From Octopus sinensis (Eukaryota), in assembly GCF_006345805.1 (NCBI RefSeq), contig NC_043007.1:16554001-16618000 (forward strand): a stretch of DNA of 64,000 nucleotides, in the 5' to 3' direction. Of this stretch, positions 1 through 12,844 are shown one piece after another. The notes beneath the pieces are model-generated. The model made no database searches. It worked only from the letters and a program-made list of their open reading frames with translations, and had not been told where the DNA came from. Both the position numbers and the translations under genes were made by a program. How positions within the stretch are numbered: position 1 is the first letter of the stretch; every line of letters begins with the position of its first letter.

Positions 1-57
1 AACGATATGACATTCAATACACAAACATATTCCAAAGTTATACACAGATGAAATTAA

Positions 58-501
58 CCCTTTAGTATTCAGATTACTCTGTTAACCCTTTCGTTACTGT
101 ATTTATTTTGAGATGTTCTGTGTTTCTTTCAATTACATTAAATATATCAAAGAATTTAGTAAAATAACTTAGTTATCATTAAGCAAGTGCTAGGAACATA
201 AATTGTGACTAAGGTTTGGTGGAAGATTCTAATTCAAAATTTATGAAAACAAGACCTTTGTACTCAAAGCAAGAGCCGGTTTCAGCCGGGTTGGTAATGA
301 AAGGGTTAAATGCAATGCTTTTTTACTCAAATTGTTTTGAATTAATCAAGCATTATCTTATAGCTTTGGGGCTTCAATGATGTGATTGTTTATTTTTAGA
401 ATGTCAATGTAGGTTAGGTGTGAGAGGCTAGATATCGCCAGTTTGAATATAAAACATATAGAATATTTGGGCCGGATATGGCCGGTTTAAACACTAAAGG
501 G
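58..501. mobile_element. piggyBac-type MITE (family A) carrying a nested family-B MITE
   Basis: TTAA at 54-57 and 502-505; termini CCCTTTAG...CTAAAGGG; an uninterrupted related copy lies at 1490-1708. Confidence 0.8.
86..305. mobile_element. piggyBac-type MITE (family B), nested
   Basis: TTAA at 82-85 and 306-309; termini CCCTTTCGTTAC...GTAATGAAAGGG; related copies at 10837, 37144, 55035 and 61652. Confidence 0.8.
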
Positions 502-559
502 TTAAAGAAACCCAAATCACAATGTGAGTTTAATAAACTATGTAAAATCATGAATCCAG

Positions 560-2330
560 TGCAGAGATATCAAAAGTGACATTCAAAAACTTAACGAGAC
601 ATGACATTAAATGGTTTATATATAAGCTGTACATTAAGGTCCTTTGCGTCTGGCAACCCTGCTGTTCCGTGTGGGTGCTTATCATGCATCATGACTTGTG
701 TATGGGTGAGTGTTCCTATTTTAACCATCACACCCTGCCTTCTATCATAATAAATGCAGAAATAAAAACACCCACTAAGAAAGGAAATGATATTATACAG
801 AGTCATACAAGGAAGACTGGCTGCAGAATCCTGAATTTAAGGAATGGCTACAAGATAAAAATGATGAAGTTAGCTACAGTAAATCTGGCAATATTGTTAC
901 TAAGAAATGTAAAATGTGTGTTAATAAAGCAAACTTTTGAATAAAATATAAAAATGTCTCAGTAGGGTTAAATCTTGTGTTGAAATTTCTCAATTCAAGC
1001 CAGAAAAGAAGTCAACAAAGAATGAACAGGCAAAGTGAACTGCTTATTTGCTGAGTATTTTGCAGAACATAAATAACATTACGTTTACAAGCAACCATTT
1101 TTTGACAGTATACAAGAGTGCATTTCATTATGTGCTCTTATATAATGGCTATCTCTAAGACAAGAATTTTCTATCAAAACTGATAAAATACAGACACATC
1201 AGTCACACAAATCTTGGTTATAGTTGTGAAGTACTTTGATTTGAAAAAGAATGGTGTTGAAGATGCATTGTTAGTTATTGTAACTGATGAAAATGCAATG
1301 ACTTTTGGTCTTTATAATACTATCAAATACACCTTGCATGAAAGAAAATCTCCTTTAGAAAATATCACAAGATTCTCAAGCAATAGCTATTCTTCAATGA
1401 AGAGTACCAAAAGTGGATTCCAGAAATTACCAAGATGCTGTGTCATCTGTTTTTATTCTGGGATGCACTGGTCATTCTTTCCCCTTTAACCCTTTAGTGT
1501 TCAGATTATTCTCTCAAACATAATGCTTATTGATTCCCATTGATTTGAATTAATCATGCATTATCTCATATCTTCAAGATCTTGATGGTGTAATTACTTA
1601 ATGTAGAATAACATTGTAGGGTAGGTGTGAGGGCCTGGATCTGGTCAGTTTGAACATAAAACAGATTAGCTATTTTGGCCGGATATGGCCGGTTTAAATA
1701 CTAAAGGGTTAATGCTAGTCATGCCATCAGAATATTGCTCTCATATACAGAGGATTTTTTTTTATCTCTCACAGCAGCAAGATATTAGAGTTCACACTTA
1801 TTGAAAGAATTGTGACAAATTGCTACAATATACCTAAATTTGCACAAACCAAGTAAGCTTTCTCAAGAAAACAATGATGGAAGGAAGGCAACAGCACATT
1901 TAATTAGTGAATATTTTGATGATAAAAACATTAGATTAAGTTTAAGAGTGATAGTTTGAAATTCCTAGTGGAACTGTATTCAATTAAGAAAAAATCTGCT
2001 TTTTTTTTGAAGATGAAATTATTAAAAATACTAGACCCAAAAGCAGTTTATGATCCTAGTATACAAACTTCTCATTTCCCATCTATTGTGCCTGAAAGCA
2101 GTCCAAATGGTGAAGATCAATGGAGAAGTCATCACTTAACAGCAGACAAATTAACTAATTTCTACAGCAAAATATTCCTGAATAGTTAAAAGACATAAAA
2201 TATTGACTTCATGATTCAAAATAGGATTCCTTATCCAATTTGGTGACTAATTATCTTGACATATTTTTCAGCATGTGCTGAAATCATATTCTCTCTAATG
2301 AACTGGGTCAAAACAAAAAGCACTATTCTT
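560..2330 (+). pseudogene. Degenerate hAT-superfamily transposase, interrupted by a MITE
   Basis: Broken frames give ILVIVVKYFD...TAxGLYNTIK...PLENITRFSSNSYSSM (like the hAT DESTD...VVRYFD...ASDGASVM region), LKILDPKA...DQWR, and SACAEIIFSLMNWVKTK (like the hAT dimerisation motif SAxxERxFSxMNxxKT). Ends are approximate. Confidence 0.7.
1490..1708. mobile_element. piggyBac-type MITE (family A)
   Basis: TTAA at 1486-1489 and 1709-1712; inverted CCCTTTAG/CTAAAGGG ends. Confidence 0.8.
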
Positions 2331-4259
2331 TAACCCATAAGCATTTAAAGTGGCCAGATCCAGCTTATCATACCTACCCTACAATGTTATTCTACAATTA
2401 AACAATCATACCTTCAAACTTTTGAAGCTACAAGATACTACATGGTTAATTTTTTAAAAGCTGTGGATCAATAAGAATTATAGTTGATAAATTAATCCGA
2501 ATACTAAAGAATGCATTATGTGTAAACGGAAAAAGAATTTTTTTAAAATTCATTTTCACTTTTAAGGAGATTGAAAGAGTAATATGGGTAATCATCAATA
2601 ATATTAATACGCTAACTTTTTGTTTTTGTACATACCTGTTGTGTGAATCACACTTATTTCAAAGAAGTGGCAAAGCAAGAGAAGAGGACAGAGAGGAAGT
2701 AAGAGAGTGAGAAAGTGAGTGGTGAATGCGATCGTTTTGTGTTTTTAAATGTTTATCACATTGCAAGAGTAGATACATATACACATTGTTAAATCAAAAG
2801 CAGGAGAGGGACACAAAGGAAGTGAAAGAGAGAAAGTGAGAGAGACAGTAGATACATAAATCCAAGTTCATATATAGATACATACAGAGCAAATATTGGA
2901 TGTCAATTTCACTTTTCATTACCACACGAGGATAAAATTAACTCACAAATGGCTCAGTACTCCACAGACATGCATAACATTAACGTAGTTCTCAGGGAGA
3001 TTCAGCCTCACACAGAATACGACAAGGCTGACTCCTTTGAATTACAGGTACAACTCGAGACATAAATATGAATGTATTTGTCTGTGTATAGTTTAGGTTA
3101 GTTAAAATGTGTTTGCAATAAGTTTCATGTGGTGGAAATAAACGCAATTACCAAACTTTCATTCATAAATCCATTTATTATTTCATTCTTTTGCATTTCA
3201 ATTTGTACATTAAGGTTCTTTGAATATGTATGATGCATTTTAAGGTTAAATAGTAATTCTGTTTACGGTTGTGTAACAGATATTTTGGTTGGTTTATATA
3301 GTCATTACTTTCTATATTCTATAACTGTCACAATATACTTTTCTAGGCTTGAATTTTTTGTGGGGAGGGTGCCAGTTGATTAGACCAACCCCAGTACACA
3401 ACTGGTACTTAATTCATTGACCCCAAAAGGACGGAAGGCAAAGCCAATCTTGGCAGAATTTGAACTCAGAACGTAAAGATAGACAGTCATAATATACAAA
3501 CATTTCTTATGGCACCAGTACACTGTTTACAGATGCTTACATTTTTAATGTTTTCTGTGAATTTTTCATGGGTCCAACTAGTATGTTATAAATACAGAAG
3601 TAAGTAAAATACTGGTATATTTCTATTCAAGCACAATATTTTTATAATTTTAGTTTTTCCTGAGCAGATGCAAGGCATTTGAAAATTTTATTAGTAGCCT
3701 TGTCCATACACAGTTGCTAGACCTGCTAGAAATAGCAGATAAACATATCGTAGCCAAACTCTTTAAAATTGGAAGAATATACTGGTCAAGATAGACCTAG
3801 ATAAAACTGCCATAGGTCTGCTCATTCAGAGTTCACTAAATATCACACATCAAATATACACCCATGGTATAACTAAATATTAGACACCATCTATATATGC
3901 CATGGAATATGTAAATATCAAATATAATTTATACCAGTGTTTCTCAGACTGACAAACACCATCCTCCACTCTCGCAAAACAAATAGTAACATTTTTGGCA
4001 CTTTCACACTATTTATGAGAAGACAAAATAGAATTTGCATCCATATAATTCTCTTTCTTTACCATGGTCAACAGCAAAGACCTATCCATCTTTTGAAAAA
4101 CCATCTTTTGTCTAAATATGGCAATTTGCCCAGTTGCTCTATCCCTACCCATCCCCATGAGGAAAACTGGTTCACACACCCCATAGTATAACTAAAAATG
4201 TAACAAGCCAATAAGTGAGCTTCTACATGGTGTTTTGACAGGTAGAAACAGCAGCCAAA

Positions 4260-4481
4260 TTTTCTTCCACCATCCGATCGTGGCCGTTTGCCAGCCTCGT
4301 CTGGCACCTGTGCAGGTGGCACATAAAAAGCACCCACTACACTCTCGGAGTGGTTGGCGTTAGGAAGGGCATCCAGTTGTAGAAACACGGCCTGGCACAG
4401 CCTCCTGGCTTCCCAGACCCCAGTTGAACCGTCCAACCCATGCTAGCATGGAAAATGGACGTTAAATGATGATGATGATGT
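4260..4481 (+). mobile_element. 5'-truncated RTE LINE 3' end (one of many copies)
   Basis: Ends ...CCAACCCATGCTAGCATGGAAAATGGACGTTAAAT(GAT)n, the same 3' end as the RT-bearing copy at 16728-18380. Confidence 0.7.
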
Positions 4482-5549
4482 ATTATACCACCTTCAAAAA
4501 AGAAACATACAGATTACACTAAGCCTAAAAACAGAAGACAAGCTGGTCATGGTTAGAATGCCTTTCATTAGAGGTCTACTCAAATCCTTAGGTTTACCCA
4601 ATAACAAAATACTAGATATCATTAATGCACTACATGATATAACTAAATACAAATACCAAATATACAAATACAGATACAAGTTAATGTATGACACCTGGAT
4701 TAATAACAGAACTTGATACAAAAAATCCACATGAATCTAGACTGTGCACTACTTAAATAGAAATTATTACATACATTAAGACAACATAAAATTGACAAGA
4801 AATAAACTAGTTATCATATTTAACCCTTTAGCATTTAAGCTGGCCATATCCAGCCCATTTATTCTACCTGTTTTATGTTCAATCTGAACAAATCAGACCT
4901 CTCACACCTACCCTATAATGTCATTCTAAAAATAAACTATCACATCGTTGAAAACACTGAGCTACAAGATAATGCGTGATTAATTTCAAACAATGTGAAT
5001 AAATAATCATTACATTTGACAGTGATCTGAATCCTAGAGTTAAACAATTACTCAACAGCCACATTCCAGTCTAGCATGGGTTGGACAGTTTGACAGGATC
5101 CTACAAGAGATCCTAGAAAGCTGCCTTAAGCTTTAACATCTGCACTGGCAAAATTTCTATGGCTGGATGCCTTTCCTAATACCAACCAAGGTATGTGCTG
5201 TTTTTTCGTAGACCCAGTACTAGTGCGGTCATCAAGTAACTTACATGACAAGACCCCTTAACAGAGTAGGGTTACATTATTGAGGGAAGTGGCCTTATGC
5301 CAGATACTGAGAGGTTAAACAGAATAGGACAGGAACAGGTGTCTTGCTGTTGCAGACAAAAGATGGTGGAAGGGATACTCTTCAAAGTATATGAAGATGG
5401 ATAAAGAAAGAATAGGGACAAAGAACCAGAGATGGCTAGGTGGGTGGTTTCATAAGAGTATGAACATGGGTGGAGGTGTGGACAATGGTGATTCTCAGTT
5501 TAGGGGAATGTAAGGCAAATAGAAGTGGATCAAAGAAGAAGTGGTAACA

Positions 5550-6481
5550 TTAAAGTTGTTCTGAAAATAATGGCCGCTGTAAGTGTTGTGTTTTGAAATG
5601 CAATTTTATCAGAGTATTTTAATTATATTTTAGGTGAATTTCAACATACTTAATAACTGATGTATGCTCTTTAATAATTTTCTACTTATTTCAGATAGAA
5701 AACATTCTTGAAGCATAGGTGCCCTTAATTACGAACATAACAAAAAAAGACCTTTGCTTACTTTTCTTGCATGAGTTCAATATCAACAGAGAATGGGGAG
5801 AAGGGTCCACAAGTGATTGCACAGTACAAAGGTGGTTTCAGAAATTCCATAGTGGTGATGAGAGCCTTGAAGATGAAGAAGATAGAGGATGGTCATGCAG
5901 TCTTGACAATGAACAATTGAAAGCAACTGTTGTACAAAACCCACATCAAAGTGTAAGAGAAATGTCTCAGGCACTTGGTGTTGGTATTACAACGGTCTCA
6001 CGCAATCTGCAGAATATTGGTAAAGTGGAAAAGCTTTATAAATGGGTACTGCATGATGAGCTCAATGAAAATCAAAAAGTTCAGCGTTTTGAAGTGTGCT
6101 CAATGCTTTTCCTGTGAAACACCAATAATCCTTTTCTTGACCAAATAGTCACTTGTGATGGAAAGTGGATCCTTTATAATAACCATAAACAATCAGGTGA
6201 ATGGCTTGATCGTGATGAGTTCCCCAAACATTTCCCAAAACCAAAGTTGCATCAGTAAAAGATTATGGTGACTGTCTGGTGGTCTGCAGTTGGTGTTGTC
6301 CATTACAGCTTTCTGGAGCCAATCAAAGCATTACAGCAGAAGTTTACTGCAATCAACTCGCTAAAATGTATGCTCACTTGCAAAAAATGAGGCCTGCTCT
6401 GGTGAATCAGTGTGGCTCAATTCTGCTCCATGATAATGCAAAGCCACATGTTGCAAGACTGACACTGCAGAAACTCGCAGT
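5550..6481 (+). pseudogene. Degenerate, 3'-truncated mariner transposase
   Basis: VQRWFQKFHSGDESLEDE (HTH region), KWVLHDELNE (WVPHEL-like), IVTCDGKWILY (first catalytic D) and ILLHDNAKPH (second D), with in-frame stops and frameshifts. Confidence 0.85.
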
Positions 6482-7199
6482 AAAATGTTGAAAAGAATAC
6501 AAGAAATTGAAAGAAATAAGATTCTTGAGATCAGGATATTTTCTTTGACCAGAAACATTTCAGATAAAGTCTCCTTCTAAAATAGTTTCTAAATAAACTT
6601 AACATTTTAAAAGTTTCAGTGTATAAAACTTTAACTTTATGTTGTTTCTTTGTTCTAATTTCCAAAAGGAAGTTAAATTTCTTTGACATATATTCTATAG
6701 ACGATGAAAAGCTCACACAAGATCGAAAAGTGACCACTAAAAGCTCATATATTTGTAGAGAGACACGATAAAGTCAGCTTGGGGAACACAATCAAGACAC
6801 AAAGACTACAGCTGAAAGAAAGAAAACAGGAGGTTGTGTCATGCATGCCTCACTGAAGAGCAGTATTATTTACTCAAGTGAAATAAAAAACTTTAACTAA
6901 AGATGTTGAATTACTAAGTTAGTCACACTAAGGCACCATTGTCTGTACTCAACACACAGTGGTTAACAATTTGACCTAGATATTAAAAAGTTAACAAATG
7001 AAAACCAAATATTTATCTTTACATAGTGTTTGGTTAGTTACTATAATAAACCCCAAACTTACATCCATCAGGAGCTTCTAAGAAACCAAAGACATTGGAA
7101 TCTAATTTTGGTGAGGAATAAAGGAAATGATCTTAAAAACAAAAAAGCACTAAAGTAACTAAAACAGTTTAGCTAACTGAAAGGAGGCATTTTCTTCGA

Positions 7200-8300
7200 A
7201 AGGCTTGCAAGAATGTATGCCTGAAACCCTGTGGTGCAAGTGTAAGTCCTTTTCTCTCATATTCTACTTAACTATATACTAAATATATGATGTGCATATT
7301 CTCCCCTCATAACAATGTATTCTCTCTGTACACTGTAAGACAAATTCCTATAGTTGTCCATCAAAACATATATCAGGTTTTCATATTAATTGCTACATAT
7401 TTTTCATGCTTAACTGATTTATTATTTTTATGTTTGGTCTGAAGGACCCTCCAAAACTGCTTGAAGTCTCGCTTGAACAGGTTGCAAGTTACAGACACAT
7501 GAGATAGGGAGGGATTATAAAGGACTGACATACTGCAGAGGAAGGGCTAGGTGAAGTAGTTACTGCATACTTTGGTGGAGTGGACCATGTGGATGACAAG
7601 AAGATGAACAAGTGGGCCCAGATTACCTATGAGGGGGAGGGTTACCCACAGCCAGCCAGTTTCAAGTTGAAGAGGTTACTTTATTAGAGGTAGAAAATAC
7701 AATGAGGAGACAGCAGGCTAGAGGTTGGAGAGGCTGACTTCATGCCAATCAGTTAGGAGGATGTTGGGCAGGATGTTTATATAAAGGTATCACTTGGGCT
7801 TTGCAAAGAATTAGTAGTTGTTAGATGAAGAGGAACTCCAGTCTTTATGATGCAGTCTTTGCCATATTAAAATGGAGCGACTGCCCAGAGTGATATCAAT
7901 GATGGCAAGACCTGGCATTTGTAACAACCTTGAAGGTTGTATGACATTGTTCTCTTGATATTTGTAGTTATGTGTCTTTGGTTGAACCTACATCACAAAC
8001 AGCTGTCATTAGGTCCTGACCATTATTTAGAGTCTGTCCCTATTAAGCAAAGACCCATAAATATTTGAGTCAATGAGATCTGCACTGATGACTTACAGTA
8101 AAGCAGGTTTTTACTTACACCCTATGACAGTGTCACCAATTTAAATACAGTGATTCCTGGAGGATGTCCAAATAGATGGGCAAACCAAAAAAGAAGTTTA
8201 GTGGATACAACTGGCTACACTGGGCAATTAGATGTTCAAAGGTGATATACCTCCATTTCATCAATAAGTGGGCATTTGATATTCTTAGATATAACAGAAA
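7200..8300 (-). mobile_element. Possible highly degenerate Penelope-like retroelement relic
   Basis: Non-SINE sequence with weak, fragmentary protein-like frames on the minus strand, next to Penelope-like tails at 6480-6900. Judged by resemblance only. Confidence 0.25.
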
Positions 8301-10836
8301 GCCCCAATTCATAAAGAGAAGTTTCCCAGTCTAAACCACAGATATTTCAAGTGGTCATACATCTGAAATTGCAGAAGGAAGATTTTATATTAAATATTTA
8401 TTTGGTTATAATTATTCTCATTTCTATTTATTTCCTTTGAGAAAACTGGTTTTACATAAACACTTCAGTAACTGTCAAGCCAAATTATTTTATCATGTTT
8501 ACAAACAAAATTAACTCTATTAACAAACAGTTTGTTTTGTGCTATGTTCAGCTGGTGCAATGCAAGCAGAAAACCCATTATCAAATATCTGTAGTATTTT
8601 GCACATTTTCTCATGCTTACATACTTAAGCATTTTCACAAATCGCTAAAAAAACAAATTTTTTACAGCTGAATACTACTAACTATTAAACCTGGAAATGT
8701 AAGCTATATTAGTGGTAAACACTATGTTGTGCTGGTGAGAAAGTAACCATCAACCTAAAGCATAACAATTATTCTTTGATTGAAAAGAATCAAAATATTA
8801 GTTACATTTAGAATACAAATATAAAAGAAATAATGAAATAGGTAAATAAATCTGCTATAAACGATATCACTCAAATGTCAATCCTGATATAAATAATAGC
8901 TCATAATACAATGCTTAAATTATATTCTAAGTAAATTAAATATAACTATATGAAAATTAAACATCTAATAATTACATTTAAAAAACTGACTAAATAAATT
9001 TGCATTACCACACTCGCTCTAACAGCTTTTTGGTTGAGTGTGACCTATGGAGCAAATGCATAAAGCTTATTATTAGCAAAATGAATTACTACTGTAAACA
9101 AACAGAGAAAAAGTTACAATATGAAAACTACTCCCATCAATCTTAGAGTTCCTGGAAAGAGTATCAATGCTGCTCTTTCTTCTCATGACTACCGCTATCA
9201 TCATCATTTTACAAACTTTCCAGACTGGGATTAGTTGGACAACTTGAGTCACCCCACTCCATCCATAGGATATGCTGCTCACAAAAGACTGATGCTTGTA
9301 CATGTATCATATGGTGTGGTTTCTACAGCTGGATACTGTTCCATGGCTAACTTTACACTGTGTATTTAGTGCACTATCTCATGGTACCAGCTAGACAGGA
9401 CAAGGACTTTACAACCTTACACTTTCTTTGATCATTTAGTTGAATACAGTGTGAATAATACCTTATAAAAAGTTAAAGTGGGGACCCTTGAAAAAGTAGA
9501 TGTAAAGTGTACTCAGTAACCTAAAGAATGTGGACCAATAAGGGAAGGAGAAGGAACAATGACAGAGATGTGAAATGGTATATGCAAACTGGGAACAGAG
9601 ATGTACATGTAGGTGTAGAGAGTTCTTAACCCAATGCATATAGAAGACAGGAGTGGATAAAGGCGGGAAGAAAGTATGTTCAAATTTATAGGGATAAGTA
9701 GTAATAGGTCTTACAGTTTACAAAGTAAAGGAAGATAGCCTAAAGATTGTTTTTTTTATTAAACTGAATGTGTTGAAAATAAATACTGGTTAACAATGTG
9801 GGCTTTTCTAGATTCTCATTGGTGTATAGGCCACAAAAGTTAATTTTTTTTAAGCATGTCCTCTAAATTTTTCCAATGAATATAGAAATGTATGTTTTTA
9901 TCCCTTAAATTTTCTCCAGGGTCAATGATACTCTCTCTTATACAACTAAAGTGCCAATATAACAAAATCAACATGAAAGTATAGTAATTAGTATACATGG
10001 TAATTTTTAATGCAGTTTTATGTGAATTGTAATATAAGAAAACCACATTGGCTATATTATATTTAACACTGCAGTTCTGAAACAATTTAATTGAAAACAA
10101 GCCACAGAATACTGGCCAACAGAAGCTCTCATTAACCAGAAACCCCAACATTTATAAAGTAGAAGGAACTGGTCCCTACCAGAGTTAATATTTATTTTGA
10201 AAGGTTGCCACCTAAGACCAGACACACAGCATGTTTATCAGAGTATTGTGTACACATACATAATATGTGGCAACCATTCTGGTTGTTTGTGAGTCAATGC
10301 TTTATGAAGCATTGACATTAGTTTCTTATTTATTACTTCAGCTGATTTTTTTTTTTACCAAGTAGTTTGTTTATATTTTCTTTCTAGTGTTAATATTTTT
10401 TGGAGGTGTGGTTGATAAAATTCTACAACTGTAAACTTGAAGCATGACCTATTATATTAGTCAGTCACATGCAGACATTATACACTAGACATAAGTTTTT
10501 TTTTTTTTTTTGGTTCTCTTTTTAACATACAAAACACAATACAGTCAACACAATACTGCTGTACCCTTAAAACAACAAATGTGAAAAACATGCTATATAC
10601 CCTGAAAACACCAATATAAATTAAACACAAGACACTATCTACATACCCTGTGTCGTGCTAATTATCGAACACCACTGATACCCTTCGTCATCAACATCTC
10701 CATTTTGCATCTGCTATTCCATGCTGGCTTTAGTTTGACAGTTATCACAGTCTGAATAAGTTCTTATCTGGAATTACTGACCTGCTAGACAAGACTCATA
10801 TGCACCATTTTAGGCATGATTGGATGCCCTTCTTCA

Positions 10837-11053
10837 CCCTTTCGTTACAAACCCAGCTGAAACCGACTCTGGCTCCGAGTACAAATGTCTTGTTTTCATA
10901 ATTTTTGAATTCAAATCTTCCACCAAACCTTAGTCACAATTTATGTTCCTAACACTAGCTGAATGATAACTAAGTTACTTTAATAAATTCTTTGGTATAT
11001 TTAAAATTAATTGAAAGAAATACAGAGCATCTCAAAATATAGTAATGAAAGGG
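10837..11053. mobile_element. piggyBac-type MITE (family B)
   Basis: CCCTTTCGTTAC...GTAATGAAAGGG followed by TTAA; the left TTAA is degraded. Confidence 0.75.
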
Positions 11054-12534
11054 TTAATGCCAATATATATAATCTCATCATTCATATAATGTCTACTTTC
11101 CATGCTGGCATGGGTTGGACAGTTTGACAAGAACTGACAAGCCAGATGACTGTGCCAAGCTTTACAGTCTGTTTTCGCATAGTTTCTATGGTTGGATGCC
11201 CTTCTTACTGCTTATCACTTTACAGAGAATATTGAGTGCTTTTTATGTATGACCAGCACCAGTGAAGTCGCTAAGTATTTTGCAAAACACTTCAACTGGG
11301 GGGAAGGAGTAATGGGGAGGTGGTTTTGTGCCATGTGATGAGAGGCTAGAGTGTGATGGAGGGACAGAAAGAGGTGTTTTACGGTAGACAAGATACACGG
11401 CTACTCAGAAAAAAAGAGTGAAGTTGGTGAAGAAGATATGTCAGGCATACCCTCAAGTTTCAGGGTGGTGTATATAAGCAAAGTAGTACACAGGAATGGA
11501 TAGGGTAAATGGCCAGGTAGGTTCACATGAATGCAAAAAGAGAGTGGGAGATGAAGGAAGCTGAATGTAGTGACATCAAAACACTACTGTATGAAATCTA
11601 AATACCAGATATCTGTACACCCCACTGTATGGTGGAATATTAGACATTACTTACAAGCCACACTATAACTAAATCCTTTCTACTCTAGGCACAAGGCCTG
11701 AAATTTTGGGAGAGGGGACCAGTCGATTTGATCAACCCCAGTATGCAACTGGTATTTAATTTATCAACCCTGAAAGGATGAAAGGCAAAGTCGACCTCGG
11801 CAGAATTTGAACTCAGAATGTAGCGACACCCCATGGTGGAGCTAAATATTGAACACCATAAACAGAGCCCATAATATAGCTCAAAATAAGGGACATATCT
11901 TATACACTTCATTGTACAATAACAAGCGAAATAGAGAGAAATTAGAAAATACTAAACTTTTATAGTCAAGTTTTCTACATATCAGCAGTAATAACAAAAA
12001 CAAGACAACAACCACTATATGTACATATGAATAAATATTTAAGACATTTGGATAACTAAGCAAATCTGTGGTGGATTAACCTGCTAGAAATAGCAGCCTA
12101 ATATTCCCTAAATCGTATCCTGCCATTTAAAGTAGAATTTCACATTAGCTAACATAGTCCTGTACACAATGTCCGAAATAATGATGGAATGACAATGGCT
12201 GGAATTGCCTTAGATCTCCAGTCTATTAATTCCAACTTCACCTGTGACTAAACAATATCATTGTTAAGAAATAAAGCTTTGGTTATCATACAAAATATGA
12301 AACTTGCACGTTAATTAAATATGAGGATATATTATGAAGAAAAATAAAGAAAAGCAGTGCCTATTGTTTTAATCTTTTCTGTCAGAATCATCATTATCAT
12401 TTAACATCCGCCTTCTATGCTGGCATGGGTGGGACTGGTTTTAATAAATATATTTTGTGGTATATACAAGTTATTTTTCTAATCTTGGAAATTTCATGAA
12501 GTTGATAATTGATTTAAACCCTTGACTGCAAAAA

Positions 12535-12844
12535 CCGTGGCGGCGCAATGGCCCAAAAGTTGGGGCAGCAGACTCGCAGTTTCGATTCCCAGACCAGGCG
12601 CTGTGTGTGTTTATTGAGCAAAAACACCTAAAAGCTCCACGAGGCTCCAGCAGGGAATGGTAGCGACCCCTGTTTGTACTCTTTCGCCCCAACTTTCTCT
12701 CACTCTTTCTTCCTGTTTCTTGGGTAACGCTGTGATGGACTGGCATCCCGTCCAGCTGGGGGAAACACATACGCCAAAGAAACAGGGAAACCGGGCCCAT
12801 GAGCCTGGCTAGGCTTGAAAAGGGCGTATAAATAAAAAATAAAA
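12535..12844 (+). mobile_element. tRNA-derived SINE with a V-domain-like core
   Basis: A-box-like GTGGCGGCGCAATGG, B-box-like GTTTCGATTCC, core motif TGTGATGGACTGGCATCCCGTCCAG and an A-rich tail. Confidence 0.65.

Noticed and set aside
6695-6900. Two hammerhead-like strings (ACGATGA...GATCGAAA at about 6701; CTGAAGA...GTGAAA at about 6853)
   Set aside because: Core or stems are broken (missing U4, extra bases, no U16.1, no convincing stem I); at best they are fossils.
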